Shown: positions 20,643 to 32,354, counted from the stretch's first letter. The stretch: 64,000 nucleotides of DNA from Methanocaldococcus indicus (GCF_049554935.1 NZ_CP186926.1:1312001-1376000), one strand, 5' to 3'. Notes: generated from the letters alone by a model not told the origin. Numbers and translations: made by a program.

Positions 20643-21649
20643 GATATCACCTTTTCATATATTTCTCTAACTTTTTCAGCTGTTTTTTTCCAGCTAAATT
20701 TTTCAGCTGTTTTTCTTGCATTTTTTCCAAGAGTTTTTCTTAAATTTTCATCTTCCATTAAAGTTATAATATATTCTTTAAATTCCTCTTTGTTATTTGC
20801 TAAAAAACCATTGTAGTTGTTTGTTATCAACTCTCTTAATCCATATCTATTAAAAGCTACAACTGGTTTATATGATGCAAATCCTTCCAATGCCACTAAT
20901 CCAAAACCTTCAATCCTTGAAGGAACAGCTACAAAACTACATCTACCAAGGTAGTTTATAACTTCACTATGCTGTTTTTTTCCTAAGAGGATGACATTAT
21001 CTTTCACTATTTTTTTGACCTTATTGAATAATGGTCCATCACCAATAAAAATAAATTTATAATTTAGCTCCTTACTAATCTCTGCTAAAATATCTACACC
21101 CTTTGTTTTTAAAAAAGCTCCTACATAAAGAATATAGTTCTCATCTCCCAAATTTTTATATTTTTCAATATCAATGCCATTATAAATAACAACTCCTTTT
21201 CCTACTTCATTTTTTATAGCTTTACTAACACAAATCACTTCATCAGCTTTTTTTATAGAATAGTTAAAAAATAATTTCCCTTTTAAAGAATTTTTTAAAA
21301 AGAGAGCATCACTACCATGTAGAGTTAAAATATATGGAATATTAAACTTATCTTTTAATAATGCTCCTAAAAAACCTTGTGGAAATGCATAGTGAGAATG
21401 AATTAAATCAATTTCTTCTTTTTCAATAATCTTTTTAGCCAATTTATATGCATTGTATAAATAAGAAATTCCTCTAAATTTTTTTAAGTAATTAACATTA
21501 TGAATAACTACATTTTTATATTTAGGAGTTGTATAATCATAAGTTAGTATATGAAATTCAATATCTTTAAGATTCTTAACAAGATTATCAACATGTTGAG
21601 TAATTCCCCCTAAATGAGGGTAGTATATAGTAGGCATTAAAACTTTCAT
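20633..21649 (-). CDS. GT4 glycosyltransferase
   Basis: 'PHLGG', 'TLHGSD', 'PSRIEGFGLVALE'. Confidence 0.92.
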   Translation of the reverse strand: MKVLMPTIYYPHLGGITQHVDNLVKNLKDIEFHILTYDYTTPKYKNVVIHNVNYLKKFRGISYLYNAYKLAKKIIEKEEIDLIHSHYAFPQGFLGALLKDKFNIPYILTLHGSDALFLKNSLKGKLFFNYSIKKADEVICVSKAIKNEVGKGVVIYNGIDIEKYKNLGDENYILYVGAFLKTKGVDILAEISKELNYKFIFIGDGPLFNKVKKIVKDNVILLGKKQHSEVINYLGRCSFVAVPSRIEGFGLVALEGFASYKPVVAFNRYGLRELITNNYNGFLANNKEEFKEYIITLMEDENLRKTLGKNARKTAEKFSWKKTAEKVREIYEKVISSQ

Positions 21650-21672
21650 AACTAACACATAAGTGATATAAT

Positions 21673-22668
21673 ATGGATGAATTTAGAATAATTAGAAAAG
21701 GAATTATTTTACTATTGTTTTTAGGATTTATTTATATGCTATATCCTTTTTTAGATACCTTTGCTTATGCTGTTGTTTTTGTTTATATGGCTTTACCCAT
21801 ATATAAGTTTTGCAATAGATTTTTAAATAAAACTTTGTCTGCAATAGTTGCAATATTGTTTTATATTGTTCCAATAATTTTAGTGGGGATATACTTCATT
21901 TTTACAGTTGTAAATATATTATTAAACACAAATCCAGACTCAATACTATCTTTTTTAGATAGTATTTTAAAATACCAATATTTTTCATATATCAATACAA
22001 TAGTAAATAAAGAGCTAATTACAGAATATTCTAAAGCAATTTTTACATTTCTTGTTAATTTTATTACTCAGAGATTATTAGATTTTGGATATTTGATTAT
22101 AAAAATAATAATTGTCCTTTTTTTAACATTTTATTTTTTAAGGGATGGTGATAAAATAAAAGAGTTATGCTTAGATTTAACCCCACCCTACTACAAAGAA
22201 AGTATGAACATTTATTTATACTATCTTCATCAATCTTATAAAAACTTGTTTATAACTAATGTAAATATATCCATCATAATTGGTATCTTAGCATATATTG
22301 GATATAAAATTTTCTCAATTCCAAACTCAGAGTTATTAGCAATATTAACAGGAATTTTTGCATTACTCCCTATAGTTGGTAGTTGGACAGTTTATGTTTT
22401 ACTATCTATTTATTATATTTTGTTAGGGGAATATTATAAAGCATTAGCTATATTTATTTATGGACAGATATTTTTATCATTAGCTCCTGATTTTATTATA
22501 AGACCTTACTTAGTTAATAAAGAGACAGATATCCATCCTGTATTGGTTGTTATAGCATTCTTAATTGCTCCTCTTACATTAGGAATTGTTGGTTTTGCTG
22601 TTGGCCCAATAGTTGTTGGAGCTTTATATGCATACTATCTTGCTAAATATAAATACAAAAGAATATAA
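21673..22668 (+). CDS. AI-2E (PerM) family transporter
   Basis: Multi-TM; 'FYFLRDG', 'LLPIVG', 'IHP...GFAVGP'. Confidence 0.9.
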   Translation: MDEFRIIRKGIILLLFLGFIYMLYPFLDTFAYAVVFVYMALPIYKFCNRFLNKTLSAIVAILFYIVPIILVGIYFIFTVVNILLNTNPDSILSFLDSILKYQYFSYINTIVNKELITEYSKAIFTFLVNFITQRLLDFGYLIIKIIIVLFLTFYFLRDGDKIKELCLDLTPPYYKESMNIYLYYLHQSYKNLFITNVNISIIIGILAYIGYKIFSIPNSELLAILTGIFALLPIVGSWTVYVLLSIYYILLGEYYKALAIFIYGQIFLSLAPDFIIRPYLVNKETDIHPVLVVIAFLIAPLTLGIVGFAVGPIVVGALYAYYLAKYKYKRI

Positions 22669-22679
22669 AAATTGGTGAT

Positions 22680-24578
22680 ATGATGGATTTAAATTATAAA
22701 GAACTTGGTTTAAAAGTTGGATTAGAGATACATCAGCAATTAAATACTAAAAGAAAGTTGTTCTGTCATTGTCCAACTAAGTTGTGTGATGATGTAGAGA
22801 AAGAAGTTTTTAGAATTCTAAAACCTACTTTGAGTGAGATGGGTGAGATAGATAGAGCAGCTTTATTAGAATTAAGAAAAGGTAAGAAGTTCCTATATCA
22901 ATATTCATCTAAAAGTGCATGTTTAGTTGAGTTGGATGAAGAGCCTCCACATTTACCAAGTGAAGAAGCTTTAAGAGTAGCTTTGGAAGTTGCTCTATTA
23001 ATGAATATGAAAACTGTTGATTTAGCTTATACAATGAGAAAGATAGTTATTGATGGCTCTAATACCTCTGGCTTCCAAAGAACAATATTTTTAGCTTATG
23101 ATGGATTTATTGAGATAGATGGAAAAAAAGTAGGAATAGAAAGTTTATGTTTAGAGGAAGATGCTGCAAGAAAAGTAGAGGATAGAGAGGATGTAGTTGT
23201 TTATAACTTAGATAGATTAGGAATACCATTGGTTGAGATATCCACCTCTCCAGATATTGACTCTCCAAAGATGGCAAAAGAGACAGCTAAAAGAATTGGA
23301 CAAATTTTAAGAGCTACTGGAAAAGTTAAGAGAGGAATTGGGACTATAAGACAAGATATTAATATCTCTATAAAGGATGGTGCAAGAGTTGAGATAAAAG
23401 GAGTATCTGAGTTAGATTTGATTGAGAAAGTTGTTAAGAATGAAGTTTTAAGACAACTTAATTTAATAGAGATAAGCAAAGAACTAAAAAATAGAAATGC
23501 AAAAGTTATAGAGGAGATTTATGATATAACTGAGTTATTTAAAGATTGTAAATCTAAGATTATACAAAATGCTATAAAAAATGGTGGTAGAGTTAAGGCT
23601 ATAATTTTAAAAGGATTTGCTGGTTTAGTTGGTAAAGAAATCCAACCAGGAAGAAGATTAGGGACTGAGTTCTCTGATAGGGCTAAAATTATATCAGGTG
23701 TTGGAGGAATATTTCATACTGATGAACTTCCTAAATATGGAATTACTGAGGAAGATGTTAAAAAACTTAGAGAGTTTTTAAATGTAGATAAAGAGGACTG
23801 TATTGTTATAGTTGCTGACAAGGAGAAGAAAGTAGATAAAGCTTTAAAAGCAGTTATTGATAGGGCAAAAGAAGCAATTGAAGGTGTTCCAGAAGAAACA
23901 AGAAGGGCCTTGGAAGATGGAAACACATCATATTTAAGACCTCTTCCAGGAGCTGCAAGAATGTATCCTGAAACAGATATTCCACCAATAAAAATAGATA
24001 AAGAACTATTAGAAGATATTAAAAACAACCTTCCAGAACTTCCAGAGGAGAAAATAGAAAGATTCAAAAAAGAATATAAATTAAATGATGAATTAGCCAA
24101 GAAAATGGTATTCTCTTATTATGTTGATTTATTTGAAGATTTATGTAAAAAATTTAGAGATATAAAACCAACATTAATAGCTAAAACATTAGAAGAGAGT
24201 TTAAAAGAAATTAGAAGAGAAGGATACAATATTGATAATTTAAAAGATGAACATTTCTATATGATATTTGAGTCCCTCTCTAAAGGAAAATTAGCTAAGG
24301 AAGGTATTGTAGAGGTTCTAAAAGGATTTTGTGAATATCCAAATAAAGACATAGATGAAATTTTAGAACTTAAAGGATTAAAAGGGTTATCTCAGGAGGA
24401 AGTTGAGAAGATTATTGAAGAAATTATTAAAGAAAATATAGAAGTTGTAAAAGAGAAAAAAGAAAAAGCTTTGGGTATGTTGATGGGAAGATGTATGGCA
24501 AAATTAAGAGGAAAAGCAGATGGAAAATTAGTTAATGAAATTTTAAGAGAAAAAATTAAAGAATTTATTAATGGTTAA
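22680..24578 (+). CDS. gatE: Glu-tRNA(Gln) amidotransferase subunit E
   Basis: 'GLEIHQQL', 'DGSNTSGFQRT', 'RPLPGAARMYPETD'. Confidence 0.97.
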   Translation: MMDLNYKELGLKVGLEIHQQLNTKRKLFCHCPTKLCDDVEKEVFRILKPTLSEMGEIDRAALLELRKGKKFLYQYSSKSACLVELDEEPPHLPSEEALRVALEVALLMNMKTVDLAYTMRKIVIDGSNTSGFQRTIFLAYDGFIEIDGKKVGIESLCLEEDAARKVEDREDVVVYNLDRLGIPLVEISTSPDIDSPKMAKETAKRIGQILRATGKVKRGIGTIRQDINISIKDGARVEIKGVSELDLIEKVVKNEVLRQLNLIEISKELKNRNAKVIEEIYDITELFKDCKSKIIQNAIKNGGRVKAIILKGFAGLVGKEIQPGRRLGTEFSDRAKIISGVGGIFHTDELPKYGITEEDVKKLREFLNVDKEDCIVIVADKEKKVDKALKAVIDRAKEAIEGVPEETRRALEDGNTSYLRPLPGAARMYPETDIPPIKIDKELLEDIKNNLPELPEEKIERFKKEYKLNDELAKKMVFSYYVDLFEDLCKKFRDIKPTLIAKTLEESLKEIRREGYNIDNLKDEHFYMIFESLSKGKLAKEGIVEVLKGFCEYPNKDIDEILELKGLKGLSQEEVEKIIEEIIKENIEVVKEKKEKALGMLMGRCMAKLRGKADGKLVNEILREKIKEFING

Positions 24579-26703
24579 TATTTGCATTAATAATTGAAGT
24601 ACTATCTTTTTCTATATCTCCATCATTGTTTATATTACCACTATTTATTTCTGAATAATCTTTTATAATTATTGTTCCATTATTATTTACATTTATAGTT
24701 CCTATTTTTGAGTTTATTAAAATAATTTCTCCATTGTTTTCATTTATATTTAGATTATTAATTATAGAGTTTTTAATTTCTAATACTCCATTACTGATTA
24801 TTTTTTCAATATTAATATCATTTACTATTCCACCATCTATAACCAACTCAGCATTTCCATTTATTATTGTGGCTTTAATTGTACTTATATATTTATCTTT
24901 TAGATTAACATTTACATCTCCAACTATTTCACCTAATTCAGGACTTAAAGAATTAAATCCATCATTTGATATGAAATATATATGATAAATGTTAGGTACA
25001 TCATCAAAATCTATATTAGAGTTACCTTCTAATCTTAAATATAAGTTATTTATACTTTTTATATTTCCAAGAATTAAGTTTCCATTACCATTTACTTTTA
25101 TTCTACCATTATTAATTACTCCATTTAAGTTGAATATGTAAGTATCTCCACCAGGAATTTTAATGTATATATTAGGACCTATAACAACTGCATTTGTTAA
25201 AGGTTCTTTGTAAAACTCTAAATCTCCATAACCATTTACCTTTATATATAATCCTTCTACATCTGCAGGTTGTAGGTTTGTATTATTAGTCAGATTTATA
25301 TTATTATATATAGGAGTATTATTGGTTATATTAGTGTTCTCATTATTATGACAACATCCTTTTTCAATCTCAAATGTTATATACATTATGTTATTATCTT
25401 CATTAGACTCATTAACTAAGTTATTATAATCTACATAGATAGCTAAAGTGTGGTTATATTCTTCACATTCACATTTGCAACATTTTGATGTAGAGATTGT
25501 ATAATCAAATATAACAGTTTTTGTTTCATCTACTCCTAAACTATCTATTTCTTTACTATCTACAGAGTAATTATTATCACGTAGTCCAACATAGAACTTT
25601 GATGCTGAGGCATTACCTATATTTTTAACAACTACTTCAATCTCTACATTAGTGTTGTTTTTACATCTATGTCTAAATTGATTTTGTGACTCTTGATTTT
25701 CCCCATGATTTTTTACTTGTTCTTCCCATCTATGACAGTATTTTGTTCCATTGTTGTAGATAATATTTACTTCATAAGGTATTAAGTCAGGTAATTTTAC
25801 TGTTATTGGTTGTGTCTCAGATATGTTAATTACAACAGTTTTTGTTATACTACTTGTTAAGTTTTTGTTATCAACAACAGTTAAAGTTACATTATAAGTT
25901 CCTGGAGTATATGTATGAGTAATAATTGGAGTAGTAGTTTCCTCTTTTGAGCCATCTCCAAAGTTCCAAATATATTTAACTATTTCCCCATTAGGTGAGT
26001 AGGATTTAGAAGCATCAAAAATTACCTCAACATTTGAAATCTCATCACTACTTTTAATTTCCCCATTTACAAGGACAATTTTGTGTTTTGAATATCTACT
26101 ACCTTTCCATATATAGATTGAAGCATTATCTCCTTTAATTTCTATATAATATTGACCTAAACTTTTCCCATTACCATTAGTTTCATGAGTAATATTATAT
26201 TCTAAATTACCTACAAATTCAACCATGCATCCTGATATATGGTAAGATTTGTTATCAATGAGTATTGTAGCTTTTCCAATAACCTTAAATTCTATTGTGT
26301 TAGCAATTCCTGAGTATGGAACTGATATGTCTCTCAAATTTATTGATTTGCCATCTATTTTTAATATAACTGGCTTTCCTGATCCTGGATTAATTCTATT
26401 GACAAATTCAAAACTATACTTATCTTTAAGATTTATATAATATTCAAAATCTGCAATTGGTTTTTTTGTTGTATTGGTAGTATTTGTAGTTGTATTTTGT
26501 TGTTCTTCTGTTATATTTGTGCTAATTGGTGATATTTCAGGTTTATATACAAAGTATCCAATAGCTTCTTTTTTTACAGTATTTGTTGCATTTCCTAAAA
26601 ATTTTATATCTGGCTTAGCTACTTGGACAGTTAATACAGCCCCACCTATAATAACTCCCAATATTAATATAATTAATTCTAAGGATACTTGCCCCTTTTT
26701 CAT
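24568..26703 (-). CDS. Class III signal peptide (pilin-like) surface protein with PKD and CARDB domains
   Basis: 'MKKG/QVSLE' plus hydrophobic helix; PKD 'WNFGDG...HTY..G.YNVTLTV'; CARDB 'LPDL...VKNIG...VD...VNESNEDNN'. Confidence 0.85.
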   Translation of the reverse strand: MKKGQVSLELIILILGVIIGGAVLTVQVAKPDIKFLGNATNTVKKEAIGYFVYKPEISPISTNITEEQQNTTTNTTNTTKKPIADFEYYINLKDKYSFEFVNRINPGSGKPVILKIDGKSINLRDISVPYSGIANTIEFKVIGKATILIDNKSYHISGCMVEFVGNLEYNITHETNGNGKSLGQYYIEIKGDNASIYIWKGSRYSKHKIVLVNGEIKSSDEISNVEVIFDASKSYSPNGEIVKYIWNFGDGSKEETTTPIITHTYTPGTYNVTLTVVDNKNLTSSITKTVVINISETQPITVKLPDLIPYEVNIIYNNGTKYCHRWEEQVKNHGENQESQNQFRHRCKNNTNVEIEVVVKNIGNASASKFYVGLRDNNYSVDSKEIDSLGVDETKTVIFDYTISTSKCCKCECEEYNHTLAIYVDYNNLVNESNEDNNIMYITFEIEKGCCHNNENTNITNNTPIYNNINLTNNTNLQPADVEGLYIKVNGYGDLEFYKEPLTNAVVIGPNIYIKIPGGDTYIFNLNGVINNGRIKVNGNGNLILGNIKSINNLYLRLEGNSNIDFDDVPNIYHIYFISNDGFNSLSPELGEIVGDVNVNLKDKYISTIKATIINGNAELVIDGGIVNDINIEKIISNGVLEIKNSIINNLNINENNGEIILINSKIGTINVNNNGTIIIKDYSEINSGNINNDGDIEKDSTSIINANINH

Positions 26704-26857
26704 AAATAATTCACCTCCAAAATTAATTTTTTGTAAATTTATAGTATATTAATAATTCTAATTGTAATGTCATAAATTCAAATTAATAATTATAAGAAAA
26801 ATATTTATAGAACTTCATAAACATATTATATTCAAACTCATATATAAAGGTGATGAT

Positions 26858-27556
26858 ATGGTAGTAGATGCAAAAGAGGTAGAAATTGTAAATACTCATG
26901 TTTTTGAGACATTAGGAAATCCTGAAAAAGAGAGAGAATTTAAACTAAAATCCTTAAAAAGATGGGGATTTGATTTAATATTTGGGAAAATCGATGGAAA
27001 AGAGACATACTTTACTGCTGAAATTGATACAAAAAAAGCAGGAGATAAATATACAAAAGATGAGAAAGAGTATGAAGTTGTTGAAGTTTTAGAAGAACTA
27101 CCAAAAGGTAGAGAACTCTATGCACATATAGAAATGGAAATGGGTAGAGCATATATTGTTTGTGAGCTAAGAGATGAAGATGGAAACAACATAGAAGTTT
27201 TGAGAGTTCCAGCTGCTGCTTTATTGTTGGCTTTCTTTAAAAAGAATAAATTGAGCAATTTAATAAAAGCTATTAGAAATGTTGGAGTTAGTTCTGAATT
27301 AGTTTTACAAAAAGCTCCTGGAGGAAAACCCTTACCTTATGAAGAACTTCCTAATTCAATTAGAAGATTTATAAGAAGTGTTAGAAAAGTTGAAAAAGAG
27401 ACAGGATTTGGTAGATTGGCAATTGCATACTATGGAGAAACAAAAGATAAAGAACCAAGATTTTGGTTCTCTTGGCTATTACCAACTATTGCATTATTTG
27501 ATTTAGATATAGCTAAAAAAACTGAGCAAACATTAGGAATATTAAAGAGTGATTAA
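26858..27556 (+). CDS. Conserved hypothetical protein
   Basis: 232-aa ORF with GGTGA SD, upstream TATA-like box and host codon usage. Confidence 0.8.
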   Translation: MVVDAKEVEIVNTHVFETLGNPEKEREFKLKSLKRWGFDLIFGKIDGKETYFTAEIDTKKAGDKYTKDEKEYEVVEVLEELPKGRELYAHIEMEMGRAYIVCELRDEDGNNIEVLRVPAAALLLAFFKKNKLSNLIKAIRNVGVSSELVLQKAPGGKPLPYEELPNSIRRFIRSVRKVEKETGFGRLAIAYYGETKDKEPRFWFSWLLPTIALFDLDIAKKTEQTLGILKSD

Positions 27557-30500
27557 AAGAAATCTGTTAATTTAGCTTGTTTTTTCTTATCATTTTCAAA
27601 TAATGATTTAATTCCATCTTTTATTAATCTTAATCTTTGTTTAACATACTCATCTACTTTATAATCCTCAGCCATTTTCTCTGCTACATCTAAATACTTC
27701 TCAACTGCTCCTTTTGAAACTGTCAATATCAATTTAGAGCCACATTTTGGACATACTCCTCTCAATGGAATTCTCCTAAATTTAGCTCCACACTTACATC
27801 TAACACCTTGTCTTGAAAAAGCCCTTAAATTACCAATTAAATCAGGAATAAAGTGAGAATTAATAACTTTCTCAGCTACATCTTTCTCATCAACAGCTAC
27901 AATCTTTTTAGCTATATCTAACTGTGCATTTGTTTTGTCTAACATTGTTCCTAAGGTTTTGTATAAACAAACTTTTGGACCTAAATCTATAGATGTAGTT
28001 TCATGGGTATAACCAAGATTTTCATATTGTTCTTCTTTTCCTAATCTATCTTCAACAATCTCCATTATATCTCTAACATCTTTTGGAGAAACCATTTCTA
28101 AGGTTTTTTCATAAAATTCTAATGGATATCTCCACATAACATCCATATTATGAACTTCCCCATCTACTTCTTTTGGGTCTAATATAGTTGTTAAAACAAG
28201 AGGTGCATCCATCTGCCCTCCTCTTTTATCTGGTAGAAAGAGTTTAGAGAAGTTTAAGAATGCATCCAACAATAGAAAGAAGGCATCCTCATCTCCATCA
28301 CATTGATGTGTTAGTATATTCTCATTTATTATTACATTATGATATTTCTTAGCATTTATTGAATATATAAACTCATCTTCACATTGTATTATTTCAATAT
28401 GATTAATCTTGGTAGTATATATATTTATTACATTATCTAAATCAACATTATCAATTATAACCATTAACTCTCCTTCTTTAACATCCATAGCTAATTTTTT
28501 TATGAATCTTCCATTTTCATAAACTAAAACTGGATGGTCATAAGTTGTTGTAAATTCTCTATTTCCATCTAATTTTATCTTTATAAGATGATTAGGAGCT
28601 CTTATCTTTAAAACTTCTTCAATATCTGTTAAAATAACTTTTTTACTTTCTATATCAAAAGAATAAACTTTAATATTTACTTTTGGTTTATTTTTTATAT
28701 AGGAGAATTTCTCATATCTTTCATTTTCAAAAAGTTCATATAAATCTTTTAAGGTTATTCTTTCAACATTTCCATTAATATTTACTAAAATTTCAGTATC
28801 TCCTGGGAAACAGTTTCTTCTCTTAGCTGCATGATAGTAAGGATGAGCATAGCCAACATTTGCTTTAACATATCCTATAATTCTACCAACCATTCCAGCA
28901 GATGTGTGGGGAGCCATTCCTATAACTAAATGTCCAATTAAGTCCTCTTTTTCTTTAACATTGTAAAATCTTTCTTTTTTATAAAATCTTTCCAATAGTT
29001 CATCTATAAAATTAGCAACTCTAACAAAATATTCTGCACAACTCTCTGGAATTATGACATCTTGAGGCTTTAATTCTAAAATTTGATTTTCATCTTTTAA
29101 CTCATTTCCATAAATATCTCTATCATATCCCAACTCTCTCAACTTTTCAACAGATGCATTTATCTCCTTAGGTTTAAAATGAGTAACTGGCATATCTGTG
29201 CAGTCAAATCTTGCAGTCCCATCTTTAAATACATAAACATCATTTTTAGCTCTTAAAATAGCTTTCTCTAATGGTTCAACAATCTTCTTCTTAGATGTCA
29301 TCCCTTTAATACACTTAACATCCCCAGATTTATTTAAATTTAGTCTCTTTAATGCCAAGTATAGATAATCTTTTAAAGGAGCTTTAATCTTTCCAAATTT
29401 ATTTAGTTCTACTCTTTCACCACAGTAAGGACAAACTCTATATAGTGAGATTTTTCCACAATTTTCACAAATTCCAAAACTTACCTCAATATCATCTGTT
29501 TTATTCTCTTCAACAGCTTTATTTATTAATCTAACTTGTCCTCCTGCATTACCAATAGGGAATAATCCACAAACAGGAGGTTTCATTTTTCTTGGAGCTG
29601 CTTTTTCAGGCCTTCCCATCCTTGCTCCAACATAAACATAAGTATTTCTTCTAATCTCAAATGGTGATAATAAATTAATTAAATGCATAGAGTTTTTAGC
29701 TTCTTCTAAAATTTTATCTAAATTGTCAATAAGTAATTTTTTCTCTTTAACATCATAGCCCAAAGAATAAAGAAGAGGATAATATTCTTCAATTAAAATT
29801 TTGTTTTCTCTAACTAAATGACAGCAGCCAATATCTTCTAATATTCTTTTAATATCTAAATCCAAATCAACACTCCAATATTTTTTATTATCTTTCTCAA
29901 TCTCTTTACCTTTAATTAAATACTCTCTCAATTTTATAATATCTTCTTTCTCAACATCATGCCATCTATATGTATATCTTGGATGGAGGGGTGTATTTGT
30001 TCTTAAAGCAAAAGATACAGCTTCTTCTGGATTTGGATTATTTATAAAATCTTTTTTGTATTCAATATTCTTACTCTTTAAAAGTTCTTCATACCACTCT
30101 TCACACCAACAACTTGGAATTAGAGGATGATTGTTCTCTAAAAAATCTCCATAATTAACTAAAACATCCCCTAAAAATAGTATTTTATCTACTTTATCCC
30201 TTAACTCTATTGCTTTCTCAACACTTTCAACTCTAACAACATCTCCATTTTTTAATCTAACAATTGGTCCTTCAATTGAATCAACTGGAGCAGCAACTGT
30301 CCCTTTTCCAGGACGTTCAGTTTTTAGTTGAGTTCCAATAGCAATAAATTCATTTAATAGATACATTAAAGCAGGATGTATTCCTTGTGTAGCAAATCCA
30401 GTATTCCTACTTCTCCCATATCTTAATCTAAAACCTCCTTTTTTAGATGGATGTGCAAAAACAGGCCTTCCAGCTATAACTTCACTAATAAACTTCTTGT

Positions 30501-31443
30501 TTGCCTCTATTTTTATATCTCTCCAATAAGTATTTATTTCTGATTCTTCAATTTCTTCATCTTCTAAATTTTCATCCTCATCTTTTTCTTCTTCTTTTCC
30601 TTTATTAACAAAATCTTTTAACCAATCCCATCCTTCTAAATTCAGTTTTTCAACTCTTTTTAAAATTTTAGGAGCTTTTAATAAAACTCCCTCAACAATA
30701 ACTAATAAAGCTCCACCTCTTAATTGGTTAGTTTCTACTCTCTTTAAATCTCTATGCCCTGAAACTTCAACATTGTCAGTTGCTTCTCCAGTTATCTCTA
30801 TTGGTATATTTCTTATAGCTTTTCTTATCTCATCTGCTGTTGGAGAGTATTGGAAAGAACCTACCTCAGATTGATACAACTCTACCTCTTCAACATACCT
30901 CTCAATTTCATCCTCAGTTGGTTTATATCTATCTAATCCCATAGCTTTTCTAACAAAATCTCCAACTAAAACAGATAAAGCTTGAGCTGTCCCCCCAGCA
31001 CTTCTTATTGGTCCAGCATAATAGATAGCTAAGTATTCAGTTCCATCAAAATTTTTTTTAATTTTAACATCAGCTATTCCTTCTATTGGAGCTGCAACAA
31101 TCCCTTCTGTTAAAACAGCTAATGCAGTTCTAACTGCCTGCTCAGCTAATTTTTCTCTATCAATTTCTCCAAATTTTCCATTAACTATCTCTTCAGCTAT
31201 TTTTAAAGCTGCCTCTTCCTTTCCATATTCATTTACAAGTTCTCTAATCCTTTCAGCTACTCCTTTTGGTCCTACTAACCCCTCAACTCTATCAGCCATA
31301 TCTTTTGCTAATGGAATCTCAACATAATCCTCCGGGTCTAATCCCATCTTTCTACATTCTTCTGCTATCTTGTAAATTCTTTCAACTTCTTTAATTAAAT
31401 TTTCAAAGTATTTTTTCATTCTTTCTGAACAAACTACGTGCAT
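27553..31443 (-). CDS. polC: DNA polymerase D large subunit DP2, intein-containing
   Basis: '[11 protein letters not shown]', 'RMGRPEKA', 'AKRRN|CDGDED', Zn fingers, C-terminal PIP box 'QAKLTDFF'. Confidence 0.98.
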   Translation of the reverse strand: MHVVCSERMKKYFENLIKEVERIYKIAEECRKMGLDPEDYVEIPLAKDMADRVEGLVGPKGVAERIRELVNEYGKEEAALKIAEEIVNGKFGEIDREKLAEQAVRTALAVLTEGIVAAPIEGIADVKIKKNFDGTEYLAIYYAGPIRSAGGTAQALSVLVGDFVRKAMGLDRYKPTEDEIERYVEEVELYQSEVGSFQYSPTADEIRKAIRNIPIEITGEATDNVEVSGHRDLKRVETNQLRGGALLVIVEGVLLKAPKILKRVEKLNLEGWDWLKDFVNKGKEEEKDEDENLEDEEIEESEINTYWRDIKIEANKKFISEVIAGRPVFAHPSKKGGFRLRYGRSRNTGFATQGIHPALMYLLNEFIAIGTQLKTERPGKGTVAAPVDSIEGPIVRLKNGDVVRVESVEKAIELRDKVDKILFLGDVLVNYGDFLENNHPLIPSCWCEEWYEELLKSKNIEYKKDFINNPNPEEAVSFALRTNTPLHPRYTYRWHDVEKEDIIKLREYLIKGKEIEKDNKKYWSVDLDLDIKRILEDIGCCHLVRENKILIEEYYPLLYSLGYDVKEKKLLIDNLDKILEEAKNSMHLINLLSPFEIRRNTYVYVGARMGRPEKAAPRKMKPPVCGLFPIGNAGGQVRLINKAVEENKTDDIEVSFGICENCGKISLYRVCPYCGERVELNKFGKIKAPLKDYLYLALKRLNLNKSGDVKCIKGMTSKKKIVEPLEKAILRAKNDVYVFKDGTARFDCTDMPVTHFKPKEINASVEKLRELGYDRDIYGNELKDENQILELKPQDVIIPESCAEYFVRVANFIDELLERFYKKERFYNVKEKEDLIGHLVIGMAPHTSAGMVGRIIGYVKANVGYAHPYYHAAKRRNCFPGDTEILVNINGNVERITLKDLYELFENERYEKFSYIKNKPKVNIKVYSFDIESKKVILTDIEEVLKIRAPNHLIKIKLDGNREFTTTYDHPVLVYENGRFIKKLAMDVKEGELMVIIDNVDLDNVINIYTTKINHIEIIQCEDEFIYSINAKKYHNVIINENILTHQCDGDEDAFFLLLDAFLNFSKLFLPDKRGGQMDAPLVLTTILDPKEVDGEVHNMDVMWRYPLEFYEKTLEMVSPKDVRDIMEIVEDRLGKEEQYENLGYTHETTSIDLGPKVCLYKTLGTMLDKTNAQLDIAKKIVAVDEKDVAEKVINSHFIPDLIGNLRAFSRQGVRCKCGAKFRRIPLRGVCPKCGSKLILTVSKGAVEKYLDVAEKMAEDYKVDEYVKQRLRLIKDGIKSLFENDKKKQAKLTDFF
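28303..28812 (-). mobile_element. Mini-intein (170 aa, Cys1 ... His-Gln / Cys+1) in DP2
   Basis: Inserted between RRN and CDGDED; block A '[10 protein letters not shown]', block B 'TTYDHP', C-end 'ILTHQ'; no LAGLIDADG domain. Confidence 0.95.
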
Positions 31444-31537
31444 ATTCTCACAAATTAGTTATTTAAATACATAATTTAGCTATTTTTAATCTACAAAATA
31501 AATTTTATATAACATAATTTATATTTTACCACTCTTT

Positions 31538-32038
31538 ATGAAATGCTTAGCCATTAGTGGAAGAGCAATTGCAAATATATTTAAAAAGAGATATTCAAAA
31601 AAGCCAATAAATAAGAAAGATTTAAGAAAGTATAAACTTTATCCAATTCCTTCTTTGACTGTTGATGGAATTCTTGAAATGAATAAAAAGATTTTACTTA
31701 TAAAAAGGAAAAATAATCCTTATAAAGATTTTTATGCACTTCCTGGTGGATTTGTAGAGTGTGGAGAGACATTAGAAGAAGCTATTATTAGAGAAATAAA
31801 AGAAGAAACAAATTTAGATGTTGAAGTAGAGTCATTATTTAATGTTTATTCCTCCCCAAATAGAGACCCAAGAGGACATATTGTAACTGTTGTTTATATT
31901 TTAAAATGTATAGGAGGAGAATTAAAAGCTAAAACAGATGCAAAAGATGTTAAGTTTTTTGATATAAATAATCTTCCTAAATTAGCTTTTGACCATGAAA
32001 AAATAATAAATGACTATATAAGGTGGAAATATGGTTAA
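31538..32038 (+). CDS. Nudix hydrolase (ADP-ribose pyrophosphatase-like)
   Basis: Nudix box 'GGFVECGETLEEAIIREIKEETN', 'RDPRGH', 'LAFDH'. Confidence 0.92.
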   Translation: MKCLAISGRAIANIFKKRYSKKPINKKDLRKYKLYPIPSLTVDGILEMNKKILLIKRKNNPYKDFYALPGGFVECGETLEEAIIREIKEETNLDVEVESLFNVYSSPNRDPRGHIVTVVYILKCIGGELKAKTDAKDVKFFDINNLPKLAFDHEKIINDYIRWKYG

Positions 32039-32354
32039 GTTTTGTCCAAAATGTAACAATATAATGCTACCTGCTGGAGAAAATTGTTTAAGATGTGCAG
32101 TTTGTGGATATGAAGAAAAAGCAGAAAAAAGTAAAGAAGAATATGAATACAAGGAACATTTAGAAAAAAAGGAGAAAATTGTTGTTATTGAAGGTAAGAA
32201 CTTAGATACTCTTCCAACTACAAGAGTAGAATGTCCAAAATGTGGACATAATGAAGCTTATTGGTGGATGGAACAGACAAGATGTGCTGATGAACCAGAA
32301 ACAAGATTCTACAAATGTAAAAAATGTGGGCACACTTGGAGAGAGTATGATTAA
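32031..32354 (+). CDS. tfs: Transcription factor S
   Basis: Two Zn ribbons; 'QTRCADEP'. Confidence 0.96.
   Translation: MVKFCPKCNNIMLPAGENCLRCAVCGYEEKAEKSKEEYEYKEHLEKKEKIVVIEGKNLDTLPTTRVECPKCGHNEAYWWMEQTRCADEPETRFYKCKKCGHTWREYD

Noticed and set aside
20673-20714. Direct repeat TTTTCAGCTGTTTT
   Set aside because: Reflects a repeated KTAEK peptide in the GT4 C-terminal helices.
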